The translations under genes were made by a program, and so were the position numbers. From Octopus vulgaris (Eukaryota), in the NCBI GenBank assembly GCA_951406725.2, contig OX597824.1:62001-126000 (forward strand): a stretch of 64,000 nt of DNA. The letters are read 5' to 3'. Below, one piece after another: positions 12,882 to 29,477 of the stretch. Under the pieces are notes generated by a model that was given only the letters and a program-made list of their open reading frames with translations, was not told the DNA's origin and searched no databases. Within the stretch, counting starts at the first letter, position 1. Each line of letters begins with the position of its first letter.

Positions 12882-12986
12882 TCACCTGAGGAGACGTGTC
12901 TGCACCGAGGGATGCACCACAACCAGTTAAACAGTATCTCAACCCACGAAGGATCGATGCAGGATGGGTCGAAACGATCGTTGTGA
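12882..12986 (+). ncRNA. Type-I hammerhead motif with ~70-nt stem-II insertion
   Basis: TCAC-CTGAGGA-GAC...GTC-GAA-ACGATCGT-T-GTGA; palindromic stem III; ends ~45 nt before a (TA)n tract. Confidence 0.7.
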
Positions 12987-13028
12987 GATGCAGTTTCTCG
13001 TATACACAATTTTCCGTCTCTATCATTT

Positions 13029-13078
<50 letters not shown>

Positions 13079-13080
<2 letters not shown>

Positions 13081-13477
13081 CACAGGAGTGGCTGTGTGGT
13101 AAGTAGCTTGTTTCCCAACAAAATTGTTCCGGGTTCATTCCCACTGCGTGGCACCTTGGGCAAGTGTCCTCTACTATAGCCTCGGGCGGACCAAAGCCTT
13201 GTGAGCGAATTTGGTAGACGGAAACAGAAAGAAACCCGTCGTATATATAAATATGTGTGTGCGTATGTGTGTCTGTGCTTGTCCCCCCACCACCACCATC
13301 GCTTGACAATCAATGTTGGGGTGTTTATGTACCCGTAATTTAACGGTTCGGTTAAGAGTCCGATAGAATAAGTACTAGGCTTACAAAGAATAAGTCCTGG
13401 GGTCGATTTGTTTGACTAAAAGGCGGTGTTCCAGCATGGCCGCAGTCAAATGACTGTAGCAAGTAAAAGAATAAAAG
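13079..13477 (+). mobile_element. Full-length tRNA-derived CORE-type SINE (family A)
   Basis: A-box TGGCTGTGTGG, B-box GGTTCATTCCC, CORE-like CACCTTGGGCAAGTG, tail CCAGCATGGCCGCAGTCAAATGACTG..AAAAGAATAAAAG. Confidence 0.85.
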
Positions 13478-14584
13478 TATATATATATATATCTGTGTGT
13501 GTATGTGTGTGTGTGTTTGTATACATTCAGATATATGTATATGCATACGTATGTATAAGTATATATCTATGCAAATATATATATTTATATTTATATTTGC
13601 ATATGTATGTGAATGTGTGCGTGCGTATATATCTATATATATATATGTGTTTATATGTGTGTATATGTATGTATGTATGTATGTATGTATCTACTTTTTA
13701 TTTTCCCAACGCTTTTGTTCAGACAGTATTTATTAGGTCGATATTAGAAAACTGCCAAACCTAGTTACCGCGTGAAAAGCCTCCTAGACACACCATCACT
13801 TTTAATATTGTCTTAATTTGACAGATATATTCTATGATGTATGTTTCCTGTGCGAGTTTTAAAAAAAATATTTTCTTAATGAAGTTTATTAATGCATATT
13901 TTTATGACGGTTTTGAGTAAACATAATAATTGAAACACTAATGATATCTATAATCGATGTTTATTGGTGTTTCATTCGAAATCATTGACAAAGCAAACAC
14001 GTATGAGCGCTTGCACACACGTGACAGCCATACGCTCGAATATAATTCCTTGCAAGTTATAAAGGTGATTATTTGGAAATGTGGAAAGCAATTATATGCG
14101 TAATCAATGACAATTTTAGAGAGTGAACAGCTATAGATATGCTAATAAAACGGGTGTATTCAAGTTTCACGGGTATTTAATTGGTGATGAATATTAACTG
14201 AGTAAACATTCCGATTTCTGTATCGAAATAATGTTTCTCCAGATTTTTTGATTATGAGTTTACCGGTCATAACTAATGTAATTAACATTTTCTAATCAAC
14301 ATATTGTTTGAGTTCAGTGTATTTCGCAAAATCAAACATTAAGGAAACAATATTTGTTTTGGTATTTAATAAATTAGGTTCGTCTATGCTATTATTGAAC
14401 CGGGAACTTAACAGCGGTCCTTCCGTGGCACCTACATAATCTTGCCTGCTTTTTGGGTCTCCTGGATACAAAAATATCTGATATTATATATATATATATA
14501 GGTAAATACGTAAACAACTAGAAAAAAAGGGAAAACAGGACAAGTAAACACAGAGAAAAAAGCCCCTTCATTAGTTGTCGGTTG

Positions 14585-14627
<43 letters not shown>

Positions 14628-14628
<1 letters not shown>

Positions 14629-14826
14629 AAAGGAAAAGTTTACGAAAAAATAAACAAAAGACGAAGGCAGGTGGAGTACAAACAAATAAATGTATTAGTA
14701 TAGCGCTCAGGAATAAAAAAAGTCTTTTACGTTTCGAGCCTACGCTCTTTGACAGAAAGATACACAGAAAAAAACAAGGAGAGAAAGAAAGAGAGAAAAA
14801 ATGCGTCTAGTAGTTAACGATCTATC
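14628..14826 (-). mobile_element. Penelope-like terminal fragment with hammerhead-like motif at 14723-14760
   Basis: Homologous to 544-740 and 52918-53115; core reads CTGTCAA. Confidence 0.75.
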
Positions 14827-14974
14827 ATATATATATATACAAGGTGGACCAAAAGTCACACACAAAGAAAGCGCGATACGCTCTGGAATTGTCAGACATG
14901 CCTCAATTTTTCTAAAATGGAAATAAATAGAATAATGAAGATTACGCGTGGACCGGTATATGATGAACAGAAAC

Positions 14975-15195
<221 letters not shown>

Positions 15196-15244
15196 AGATC
15201 GAAAAAACCTGAGGAATGAAACGCCAGGTTCGAATTTTTTCCAA

Positions 15245-15290
15245 GACACCTGATGAAGGCTGGAGGGTATATCAGCCGAAACGTTGTGTT
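15245..15290 (+). ncRNA. Minimal type-I hammerhead motif, canonical core
   Basis: GACAC-CTGATGA-A-GGCTG gagggtatat CAGCC-GAA-ACGT-T-GTGTT. Confidence 0.8.
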
Positions 15291-15350
15291 AACAACAAGA
15301 TGAGAACAAATACCCGTCAAATGTAGAAAATAATGTTAATAATGTGTGTG

Positions 15351-15383
<33 letters not shown>

Positions 15384-15761
15384 ATAAAATTTTTCAAAAG
15401 AATTCAATCAGTGGCCAGCATAAAGGTGAAAAGATAAACAATTATAAATAACAGCAAAAGAAAAAAAATATTTTGCCCTTATTCGTAATTTTGTTATAAA
15501 TATATATATATATATATGTGTGTGTGTATGTGTGTGTGTGCGCGCGCGCGTGCGTGCGTGTGCGTGTGCGTGTGCGTGTGTGGATGGATGGATATCATTG
15601 CTCTCGTCTTCAGAAATGGCTACAACCAGTGATTGGTCTGTTGGAAACCCATAACTTGTGGTACTATTTTTCACCGAAATGCGATACAGAATAAATGCAA
15701 TAAATAAATTACAAAGCGATTCTTCGATTAATTCTTCCGCCTGTGAGACGAACATAAGCAT

Positions 15762-15807
15762 CTGCTAGTCTTCTGCTAGTCTTCTGCTAGTCTTCTGCTA
15801 GTCTTCA
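15762..15807. repeat. 11-bp tandem repeat x4
   Basis: CTGCTAGTCTT repeated. Confidence 0.9.
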
Positions 15808-16049
15808 GCTGCACAGTGTATCGTTAATTTAACCGTCTCATTATAGATTTCAACTTCATTAGCGATAAACTTTAAACTTTAAAGATAATGTTTAACTTCG
15901 TTCAGGTCAAATAATTGAATTACTAAATGTGATTTTATACGTCTAAGAAAGTGATTCTGGTGCAAAAAGAAGTGTGATGATGCGAGGAGTAACAGACATG
16001 AAGAACAAGGGAATGTCTAATATAGAGAAATGGAGGAACGAAAGTGTAA

Positions 16050-16131
<82 letters not shown>

Positions 16132-16157
16132 CACATGTGTGCATACATATGTGTGTA

Positions 16158-16191
<34 letters not shown>

Positions 16192-16306
16192 ACTATATAT
16201 ATATATATCTATATATATAAAACTGATAACGTGTGTGTGTGCATCATTAAAACTCGAGAACCACCCAAACGAATTCATCGAAATTTTACACTTACACTAC
16301 TTTGGG

Positions 16307-16357
<51 letters not shown>

Positions 16358-16829
16358 ATGTATGTGTGTGTGTGTGTGTTTGTGGGTGTGTGTGTGTGTG
16401 TATATATGTGTGTGTAGATAGATAGATATGTGTGTGCGTGCGCGCCTGTATGTTTGTGTATAAAGAGAGAGCAAAGGGAGAGAGAGAGAAAGAGAAGATC
16501 AAAAGAAGAATAAAAATTTAGGTAGGTGTAGATGGAAGTGAATAGAACACACACGTATGCGCGCGCGCACACACACAAACCCGCAGAAACACGCTGGAAA
16601 ATATATACAAAACATTCTACAAATTTCCTCCTGCACCTTTTGCTTCTTGAGTCGCACACGTGACTCACAGTGGATACAGTTTTACCACATTCACATAGAG
16701 TGACTGTATATAGCCTGTTTGTAGGTATATATAAACACACACATATATATGCATGTGTGTATATATATATATACACACATATACATACATACATACACAC
16801 ATACATACATACATACATACATACATACA

Positions 16830-18257
<1,428 letters not shown>

Positions 18258-18471
18258 GTATATATATGGAGAGAGAGAGAGAGAGAGAGAGAGATGAACT
18301 TTAATATAGCAACAAATCGAAACCGAAATGTTGAATCAGTTTCAAAAGCATAAATTATTACTGAAATTATCAATCAGCCTTTTGATATACAAAACAAATG
18401 CCAAATGTATTGCGCATGCGTTTGAGAGAGTGTGTGTGTGTATGTGCATGCATACGTAACATAGATCAGTA

Positions 18472-18521
<50 letters not shown>

Positions 18522-19499
18522 TGTGGTTGTGTGTGTGTTTAAATAACATTTAGTAGATATGAAAAAGAAAGGAAAAAATATTTGTATTGCAAATGTTTCT
18601 TCTGCAAAATCGAAGAGGCTTAACATTTTTCATTTGGAATTTATTTTGCAAGTGTTTTGATCGGAAGCCGTGTGTTGAGGCCAACACTGTTATACTTGGG
18701 AAAGGAAGATCATAATTAATAAGACTCATAAACGCACTAATCGTCTGTTGTTTGTTTACATTTCACTTTCATTTATTTTACCAAAGAGATTGATATTTAT
18801 TTATGTCCTATAAAACATTTTTCACTGCTCAGTTCTGTAGCTTTCTGAATGATTGTATATTCTGGAAAATATTTGGGTAGGAGCGGGACATAAACAAACA
18901 TCAACTGTTTTCGAAAAAGGAAAATGAAGTAAAATACAGACAAGCAACTGGTGAGTGTGTATAAAGGTTTTATTAATTATGACTCTTCCCAAATATAGCA
19001 ACTTAACTATCATAATTAAACAGAAGTTTGTTGTAATTGAATGTCAAATACATAGCGATGATAACAATGTGAAATTTGCCAGAGATCTTAGCAAAAACGA
19101 ATCGATTGTCTAAATATAAGATAATCCAGTAGAAATAAAAAGAAAACGGTAAATTAGTATCAGCTTACTGTCTTTTATAAACAATTACAAAAAATAGAAG
19201 CGTTGTCAAGAAAGACACTGAACGTCTTCTGGTTGCGTGGAATGAAGATTGTAATAAAAAGATGTATTTCTTTTTCAATAATTTCAAACGGGAAATATAA
19301 TAGGATTCAAAGTAATATTGAAGAGATATTTAATACAAGTGCTGGCTGAAACGAATCTGTACAGAAATGTAAAAATCCGCACCGGGCTTAGAGGCGCTAA
19401 ACATAGTTGCAGGTATGTATAAAGCATTTTTGTTTTTGAATAAAATATCAGAAGAAAAGGGGTGGAGATTTAGGACAGTCAAGAAGCATAGGATTGATA

Positions 19500-19700
19500 A
19501 GGCCGGTGATAATCCCGGTTTCCGTAGCATAATAAGTGAATGAGATGACAACATTCGCCTCAACCTCCTCCCGCCACCGAACGGGACTCCAGTCAGTCGA
19601 AGGGTTAACTTCTAGCTGACGCTAAAATTCATTTACAGCTGCTCATGAACACAACGCTCCGCCCGGTCCGGAAATCGAAACACTCTGGGCCTCTAAGCCA
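19500..19700 (-). mobile_element. Decayed tRNA-SINE-like fragment
   Basis: Minus strand begins TGGCTTAG..GTTTCGATTTCCGGACC (A/B-box-like). Confidence 0.4.
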
Positions 19701-19770
19701 TAGAATAGTTAATTAAATAAGGTCGCAGAAAGCAACGTTGAATAAGATATGTGCATGTACAATAATATTT

Positions 19771-19960
19771 AACACGCTCGTGCATACTCGAATGTGAAAA
19801 GACATTTCGCTGCGGAAATAGACCCGGGAGACATTTCACCTTTTAAACAACATATGTGAGTTGGATGTGTATTTTCACATATCTAAGAGAAGAGAATTCC
19901 TCCGGGTCTACTCACGCAGCAAAAGGTTTTCTCACGTTTGAATATTCATAAGCATGCTAA
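19771..19960. repeat. Imperfect ~60-bp inverted repeat (MITE-like)
   Basis: GCTGCGGAAATAGACCCGG vs CCGGGTCTACTCACGCAGC, with pairing that extends outward. Confidence 0.55.
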
Positions 19961-20552
19961 CTATCATTGTTTATGTATATATAAAATAAATATTTAACGT
20001 GGAATTTAAAAAAAAGGAAATATAAAAACGGATTATTTTGGAAAAGATATCTTCCAAGGAGTTATTTTTCGAAAAAGAAAATAAGAAGGAATTTTGAGGA
20101 ATGTGAAAATATATTTAGAAATATGGCAGCCTTAAATGGAATGATTATAAATGCAAGGCTGCCCTGGTGGCATCATGGAACCCCTGGAAAGTGAATGAAC
20201 TGGACCCTACAATATTTATATATTGTCAGCAAGCCACTGTATAAATAGTTCAGAATGAGGCCTCTAAATCCGTGAGGGCCCTGGGAAACTGCACAATCTG
20301 CTCATGGCTTATAACTGCGCAGCATGAAGATCACTAATCCGGACATCGAAAGATGTTTGTAAATCTGCGCAAGTCTTCACAGATTATCCGAAATTCCTAG
20401 CGAATGTCTCAAGATTAAAAGCAAAAGCGATGTTGCAATTTCCACTTTCTAATTATTAAATACCAAAGAATAATAATGTATTTCGTCTTCGTCTTTCTTA
20501 TCTGTTCGATGTTTTAACAATTAGAATTCGTTTACATTTGTACAACAACACG

Positions 20553-20668
<116 letters not shown>

Positions 20669-20768
20669 GTATGTAGAATTATATAATCTCTCTCTCTCTC
20701 CCTCTCTCTCTCTATATATATATATATAATATATATAATATATATTATATAATATATATATATATATA

Positions 20769-20812
<44 letters not shown>

Positions 20813-21106
20813 CACACACACACACATATACATATCGTTTTCTGAATCAAATTTAATTTAATGCATTTTTTGGTAGCCGTATAGTAAAAGTAAAGTATAC
20901 AATAAATACGATTTTTATTGTGTTTTTGGTATTTAATTAAATTTAAAACTGTTTCTGAATATTTTTATTGCATACTTTCATTCGGTTGGAAACAATTACC
21001 ATATTTTATACGCCATAATAACTCTTCGAATTGTGTGAATTAAATATAAACGAGGTTTCTTGCGCGATTAATCAATCGTACTAAGGCAGGTTGTATGTGC
21101 TTGCGG

Positions 21107-21191
<85 letters not shown>

Positions 21192-21490
21192 CACGCACAT
21201 ACGCGCGCGCGCAGAAACATACACACACACACATACATATATTCAAATTAAAAAAATGTGCTCAGATAACCTTGAAGAGGGAAAAATAAATTAAAGATAA
21301 TAATATTATTTCAGACAATGACACCGTAATAAGAGAATTAGATAAAGCAGAGACGTGCAAACATTTAAGAATCAATGAACTGCATTCGTTACGACCGATA
21401 CCAAAACGACAGGAAGAGTTTGGAAAGAATATCGTCGGCGCATTAGCTAAATAGTTCAGACAACGCTAAATGCAAAAATAGAGTAATAGG

Positions 21491-21647
21491 CAGGGGTGGC
21501 CTGGGAGTATTAAGGACCCTCGGGCACAACTGTTCACCGGGTCCTTTAGCATTGATATCAAAGAGAGTTAACATGTAGAGTGCGGGCTCCTCACGACTCC
21601 GAGCCCTCGGGCAGTGCCCGATTGACCGACGGCTCAGTCAGCCCCTG
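21491..21647. mobile_element. hAT-type MITE
   Basis: CAGGGG...CCCCTG ends; 8-bp target duplication GTAATAGG/GTCATAGG; decayed relative at ~20155-20322. Confidence 0.75.
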
Positions 21648-21902
21648 GTCATAGGCATCAGTACTTTAGCTGTTGCAATAATAAGCTATAAGCATAGTAG
21701 TCCGAACGGGTCGCTCAGTGAATTTGTGTGAATCGATGTAAATAAATAAACAGGAAGAATTCCTGGGTTTAGAGTATATTGCTCAAAATCTGGGAGAGAA
21801 AGATGATATTTATAATGAAACAGGGATTTAGAGGCCTTATGCCGGCCGAAAACTGTTAGGTAATAGTAGAGTACAATATATATAACAGAGTACAGTGGAA
21901 GA

Positions 21903-22075
21903 AGTTGAGGCTGTGTGGTAAGAAGTTTGCTTCTCAACCATATGGTTCCAGGTTCAGTCCCACTGTGTAGCACCTTAGGTGAGTATATTTTCCTATGGTC
22001 CGGGACCGATCAAAGCCTTGTGATTGGATTTGGTAGACGGAAACTGAAAGAACCCATCGTACGTACGTACATACA

Positions 22076-22109
<34 letters not shown>

Positions 22110-22365
22110 CAAACATACGTATGCGTGTGTATGTGTGTGCGTGTTTATATGTATATATCTATATGTGCGTTTTTGTGTTTGTCACCCACCATGGCTTGAC
22201 AATCGGATTCAGTTTGTTTACGTCCTCCGAACTTAGTGGTTCAGTAGAGAGACACCGATAGAATAAGTACAAGGCTTAGAAGAAAAGTAATATTGTCGAT
22301 TTGTTCATCTAAGCCGTTCAAGGCCGCCGCAATGCAATGACTGAAACAAGCAAGCGATAAAAAAT
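21903..22365 (+). mobile_element. SINE family A copy
   Basis: Colinear with 13079-13477. Confidence 0.85.
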
Positions 22366-23295
22366 TTTAAAAAGACATAATAAAAAAACCTGATTTCAAG
22401 GAACCCCCCCCCCCCCCCACACACACACACTCCAATGCCCACAAAAAAAAAGCGAGGCTGAAATGGTCAACAGTTGTGAAGAGAAGAGTGAAACAACAAC
22501 AGAAGTTATAAGAAAGATAAAATCTAAGCAGAAACAGGAGCTAAAGAATGCTGTACTAAAACGATAGCAAGAAAGGCCTCATATGGCTAATCTCTCTCCG
22601 TTTTCATATACCAAGCCTAAAGGTGTTGGCGATTATGGACTTCCAGACCACAATTTGAAGATGTGTTTTTGTTAGGAAAGATATGTCAGTGGTCTCGCCT
22701 TACCATATCTCGGTTTAATTACAGTTTACTCTGCTAAATTCTCCAAATCCAACTCGGGAGGCACATGGCCTGTTTAACTGTTGACATCTAGGCCTGTCCA
22801 CAAACCGTTATGTCTGTGTGACACATGTCTAGGCACCGTCCCTCCTCCAAGTTCTTTATAACCATTTTGGCTGCGGGTTCATCTTCATCTGTTTGATCCA
22901 ATATTGCGCCCTTGGCAGGCACCACTCGCATCTGACAGACCTGAGAGCAGTGGTGACTAAGGGTTAATTCCATAACCTTCCAAAAACTCTAAACCTCCGG
23001 GTTAGAACGTCAGTGTCAGATGCAATTTAATGTCTTAAATAGGAAAAGGGTTAATACCAGGAAAAAAAGAACAAGGTGAAAATAGAAAAATCGTAAAACT
23101 GATTCAGGAGTAGAATTTGAGGGTGAAAGCATCTTGATCGCAACAGGGAATCGAATTTTTCCCACCAGACACCATTAAAAGCCTGTAATAAAGCAGATTG
23201 GAAAGGAAAAATTGGTCAATTGATACTAATATATTTAAAACAGGCACCAGTTGCTGGTAAGTGCCTAGAGTCGATAAAGTGTACAAGGGCAGATG

Positions 23296-24405
<1,110 letters not shown>

Positions 24406-24846
24406 AAAACCGAAAACCGCTTCCCGTGACCCCTCAGGAGTTGCATTCAACAATTTACAAATAAAAGAAATGATTTCAAACAGCGCAACGAACGGGAGAG
24501 CAATATGGCGTAGCTAGAAAAGAAAACAAAAGTAATGAAGTCAGAAACGACCAAGAAGAAACGTTCCTATAATGTGGAGTCTGATGATAACGTATAATAA
24601 AAGCTCTGACAGTCATAGAAAGATGAGGGTGGCTGTAGGGGTGGGGAGCGACTTTATATTATCAGGGGGGGCTAAAACGATTCCGATGCAGGTGTGTGTG
24701 TGTGTGTGTGCGTGTGTGTGTGTATATATATAAATATGTATACCTCTCTCTCTCTCTCTCTCTCTCTCTATTTCCCCCGCTCTGTCTCTCTTTGTATCTA
24801 TATGTAAGTATCTAGATTAAGTATGTGGTATTGATGTGTGTGTGTG

Positions 24847-24904
<58 letters not shown>

Positions 24905-25373
24905 ACACACACGCATATAGATACATGGATCTAGATAGCTATACGCGTGTGTATGTGTGTGAATGAATGTATGACGTATGTATACATCTTTCGCTCCCTC
25001 TCTTTCTCTCTTCCTCTCTCTCCCATACTCTCTCTCTCTCTCCCACCTCTTTCTCTCTGTACACACACACACGCATATGGATCTGAAGATCAAAAGACAG
25101 GGAAGCAAGCAGAGGCTGCTACACAGGAAACTAAAGCGGATAAATAAACTGTTAAATAAATAAACAAGTGTATGGAGTGATAATTACAAGTGTTACAAAC
25201 CCTCGAATATAAGGGACACTTGCCATAAGCGGATCGATATCTACGAATCAAAGTCAATATATCAACGATTTCATAACGGTAGCGCAGCAGGCAGCGCGCC
25301 AGTGTGACGTCATAACCTAAATCTAAAACACAAAATGGAGATCTGTATTACCATGTGTACGTATCTATATCTA

Positions 25374-25539
25374 CGAGGGGTTGCTGAAAAGTTCCTGGCT
25401 TTAAGGGTCTCACGAAAAGCCTGGTTGGAGGCCCTCTCCAATAAGTGTGAGAATCTGAGAGGAGAATATGTTGGATAGAATCATGATTAACTGATCCTCC
25501 TGTATTTTATTTGACCTCAAAGCAGGAACTTTTCAGCAC

Positions 25540-25542
<3 letters not shown>
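25374..25542. mobile_element. Mariner-type MITE
   Basis: TA|CGAGGGGTTGCTGAAAAGTTCCTG ... CAGGAACTTTTCAGCAC. Confidence 0.7.
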
Positions 25543-25582
<40 letters not shown>

Positions 25583-25586
<4 letters not shown>

Positions 25587-25933
25587 AATCAACGAAAATG
25601 CATATTGCAAATAGAAAAAGGCTATTTATGACAGGTAACGACAAATATATACATTTAGATTGACTGAGGTAGTAGTACGAGTCATAAAAGTCATTATTAT
25701 GAGATGATTATAAGATGATAATAAAGTAAGAGAACAAAACGAACCAATGTTTACGCAAAGCTATTCATCGTTTGAACAACACCGGTTAAAACACGGTGTC
25801 AGGTCTAATAGTTCCTGAGAACTAATAGTTCTCAGGTCTAATAGTTCAGTCAATCTAAATGTATATATTTGTCCCTACCTATCATAAATAGCCTTTTTCT
25901 ATTTGCAATATGCATTTTCGTTGATTTTTCATA
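25583..25933. repeat. Foldback with ~85-bp arms between (TA)n tracts
   Basis: 25583-25667 is the reverse complement of 25846-25930. Confidence 0.9.
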
Positions 25934-25987
25934 TTTTACCCTTACATTTCCACGTGTATTTTATATTTTCTTTTCGTAACATATTTC

Positions 25988-26024
<37 letters not shown>

Positions 26025-26054
26025 TATGTATGTATATATATATATATATATAAG

Positions 26055-26130
<76 letters not shown>

Positions 26131-26159
26131 AAAGTTGGTTTGTGAAAGCACGTGGTTGA

Positions 26160-26446
26160 ATATATAGAAAATAGTAAAAAGTGAAAAAACTACAGAAGGC
26201 TTGTTTAAAAAGGTTAAAAATATATATTTGAGTCAATATGTCTGAAGAATGTTATAAATTTTTTCTTACAATGACATAGTTTAGAAGAAATGACCGGTTT
26301 GAAAAGCTAAACGCGAAACCGGTCTTTCTTCTAAACTATGTCATTGTAAGAAAAAAATTTATAATATTCTTCAGACATATTGACTCAAATATATATTTTT
26401 AACCTTTTTAAACAAGCCTTCTGTAGTTTTTTCACTTTTTTCTATT

Positions 26447-26452
<6 letters not shown>
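26160..26452. repeat. Foldback with ~140-bp arms between (TA)n tracts
   Basis: 26160-26300 vs 26317-26452; centre contains GC-GAA-ACCGGT-C, like the 3' half of a hammerhead. Confidence 0.9.
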
Positions 26453-26502
<50 letters not shown>

Positions 26503-26530
26503 AGGTTTGGAGATGATGAACAGGTATTTT

Positions 26531-26733
26531 ATATTAGAAGAAATGAGGTACTCAGAAATTCAGATGGTTTTATATTTACAGATATTTATTTGTATATTAC
26601 ATGTTTTTATACATGTAATATGTAAGCGCTAATACATGATCTAAGTTATATGATGTATAAAAACATGTAATATACAAATATCTGTAAATATAAAACAATC
26701 CGAATTTCTGAGTACCTCATTTCTTCTAATATA
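26531..26733. repeat. Foldback with ~80-bp arms
   Basis: 26531-26613 vs 26654-26733. Confidence 0.9.
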
Positions 26734-26741
26734 TATATATA

Positions 26742-27135
26742 CTAGCAGTATCGCCCGGCGTTGCTCGGGTTTGTAAGGGAAATAAATATATAAGCATTTT
26801 TAGAGAGTTATAGCCAAAAAATAGCAAAAAAATGCATTAAAAATTGAAAAAAAAATTAAGGTAAATTTTTTTAAATCGTTGACACATCGTAGATATTTTT
26901 AGAGAGTTACTTCCCTTATATAAAAGCGAAAAAAATGCATTAAAATGGAAAAATATGATGGTAATTTTTTTTAAATCGTAGACTCATCGTAGACGCACGC
27001 TAATACCCAGAAGGGCTCGATATGAATCACGACTATAAGATACCCGCTTTTGGTTAAACTGCACCGCAAAATGTGGGAGTAGTTAGGAATCTAAATCGTA
27101 GGAGACAGACACACAACTTCACTCTTATATAAAGA
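26742..27135 (-). mobile_element. Short non-autonomous Helitron
   Basis: Minus strand starts A|TC and ends with hairpin CCCGAGCAACGCCGGG then CTAG|T. Confidence 0.8.
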
Positions 27136-28749
27136 TGCTTTTTTTTTTCAGTCATAGAGTTAGATTTATGAAGGTCTTCAGTAGAAAATCCTTCGAATTC
27201 TGACTCGCTGCTTGATATAATGAAATTCGTATCCATTTTTTGTCAGAATTACAAATTTTGAAAACACAATAGGAACAAATTTCGGAAAAAAATCTCCCAT
27301 AATTCACGGAATAAAAATTACACTTCGATGTTTGTACAAAACTGTATTTGAAGTGTTTACGAAGTATAATACGTGTTTTCACGAATATACTAAAGAGATT
27401 TGCTCTGATATTCTCATTTAAATATGAATAGGTAAATTCGGGCGGCTTGGTAACTATATATAAGTGTCGTCTGTTTATACATAAACACTGTTTCATACTG
27501 CAATTATATATACATATATCTATATATAATATTATATAATAAAATATATACAGAGTAAAATAAAAACCAATTTACCTTTTCTGTCCGTCCGTGTGTCTTT
27601 GCAAATGTGTTGGAATGATAAGTGAGTTGAGTTTTGGCGCCTTTTTTACTAATAACAAACACACACGTGTTTGTATGTAGTTGTATGTGTATGTAGTTGT
27701 ATATGTATGTGTATGCGTGTGTGTGAGGAATGACACACACACACTCACGCACGCACACATGTACATCAATGCTTTCGGATTGATATGTTAAAATATTGAG
27801 TTTTCTCGAATTTTGTCTTAATTGGTGGTAAAATTGAAAGAAATTTTTTATGGCATCACCCACTGAAGTACTCTGAAAAATCTTAGGTAAATTCTAATTG
27901 AAGAAATTGTGTGAGGAGTAAATGGTTATGTATTTATTTGTTTCTGTTTGCTGTGTTTTTTTATTTTTTGAGTAGTGGTTTAAATACTTTCAGTTTAGTC
28001 TTCCTCAAATCACTCTGTCGCTATTTACTTCATTTTATTCGTTGCACACTGTGTGTGTGCGTTTGCGTGTGGTATAAACCAGACTAAGAAAAGCATTTGA
28101 CACACACACCAGAATGTGAGTTTTCTGTAAATTTTGCTTAATTGGAGTTTAAATTTTAAAAACTGGACCTGGCATGACGCGATGCATTCTACTCTTAAAA
28201 ATGCTAGGTAAATTGTAATTGAAGAAATGCTATATTGTAGATTTCTATAACTCCCAAAGGGAGGCAGATAAAATCTGCCTTTTATAATAAGACTAGAAGT
28301 ATCGCCCGGCGTTGCTCGGGTTTGTAAGGGAAATAATTATATAAGCATTTTTAGAGATGTAAAGTATAATAGCCATCTCAATATGGCTAACCACAAAGGG
28401 GGAGGGGTGTTACTGTAGCTTTTTACGTTCTGAGATTTAATAATAAATTTTAGAGAGTTACTTCCCTTATATATGTCAAAAATGGATTAAAAATGGGAAA
28501 AATTGATGGTAATTTTTTTTTAAATCGTAGACTCATCGTAGACGCGCGCTAATACCCAGACGGTCTCGATATGAATCACGACTATAAGATACCCGGTTTT
28601 GGTTAAACTGCACCGCAAAATGTGGGAGTAGTTAGGAATCTAAATCGTAGGAGACAGACACACAACCTCACTTTTATATATAAAGATTTCCTCTATTTAC
28701 ATAATATTGAGGTCTCTTTCTTTCTTTTGTTATCTTACTGTTTTTACCA

Positions 28750-28794
<45 letters not shown>

Positions 28795-28852
28795 CAGAGA
28801 TGTACCTGCATAGCAAGTGACTTGATCTGAGATCGTGTGCTGGAACGAAAAC

Positions 28853-29112
28853 AGTTGCAGCGTTGAAGGTGTTTATAAGCCATTTAAGAAACACACAAAA
28901 ACCGTTAGATTCACTTCAACATTTAAATTTAATTTGTCAAAATATTTTCGTCGCTTTGAGACCGCGACCTGTTAGCACGATATTTTTGTCAGTAAACAGG
29001 TCGCGGTGTGAAAGCGACGAAAATATTTTGGCAAATTAAATTTAAATGTTGAAGTGAATGTAACGGTTTTTGTGTGTTTCTTAAATGGCTTACAAACACC
29101 TTCCACGCTGCA
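28853..29112. mobile_element. Penelope-type foldback with mutated G3:C8 hammerhead motif (28985-29035, +)
   Basis: Inverted arms ~28853-28972 / 28995-29112; same family as 23507-23952. Confidence 0.7.
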
Positions 29113-29477
29113 ATATATATATACACACATATATATATATGTATGTATGTATGTATGTGTGTATATGTGTATGCATGTATGTGTGTGTGTGTGCGTGTCT
29201 GTGCTTGTGATTGTCCTCCACCACTGCTTGACAACGAATGTTGGTTTGTTTACATCCCTGTCACCTAGTGGTTTGACAAAGGAAACAGATAGAATAAGTA
29301 CAATACTTACAAAAATAAAACTGGAGTTGATTCATTAAACTACAATTCTTCAAGGCATTGCCCCAGCATGGCCACAGACCAATGGCTGGAAAAAGCAGAA
29401 GAATAAAAGAATACATTCTCTGCTTTGGTCATATGTTGAAGGCATGAGAAAGCTTGAGTTTACATGAGAAGGCCTAA

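Noticed and set aside
22590-23055. Possible TTAA-ended DNA transposon fragment
   Set aside because: Only one plausible end (AAAGGGTTAA) and no diagnostic peptide
25306-25313. TGACGTCA CRE sites (also ~6669, 11032, 40404)
   Set aside because: Short motifs with no supporting promoter context
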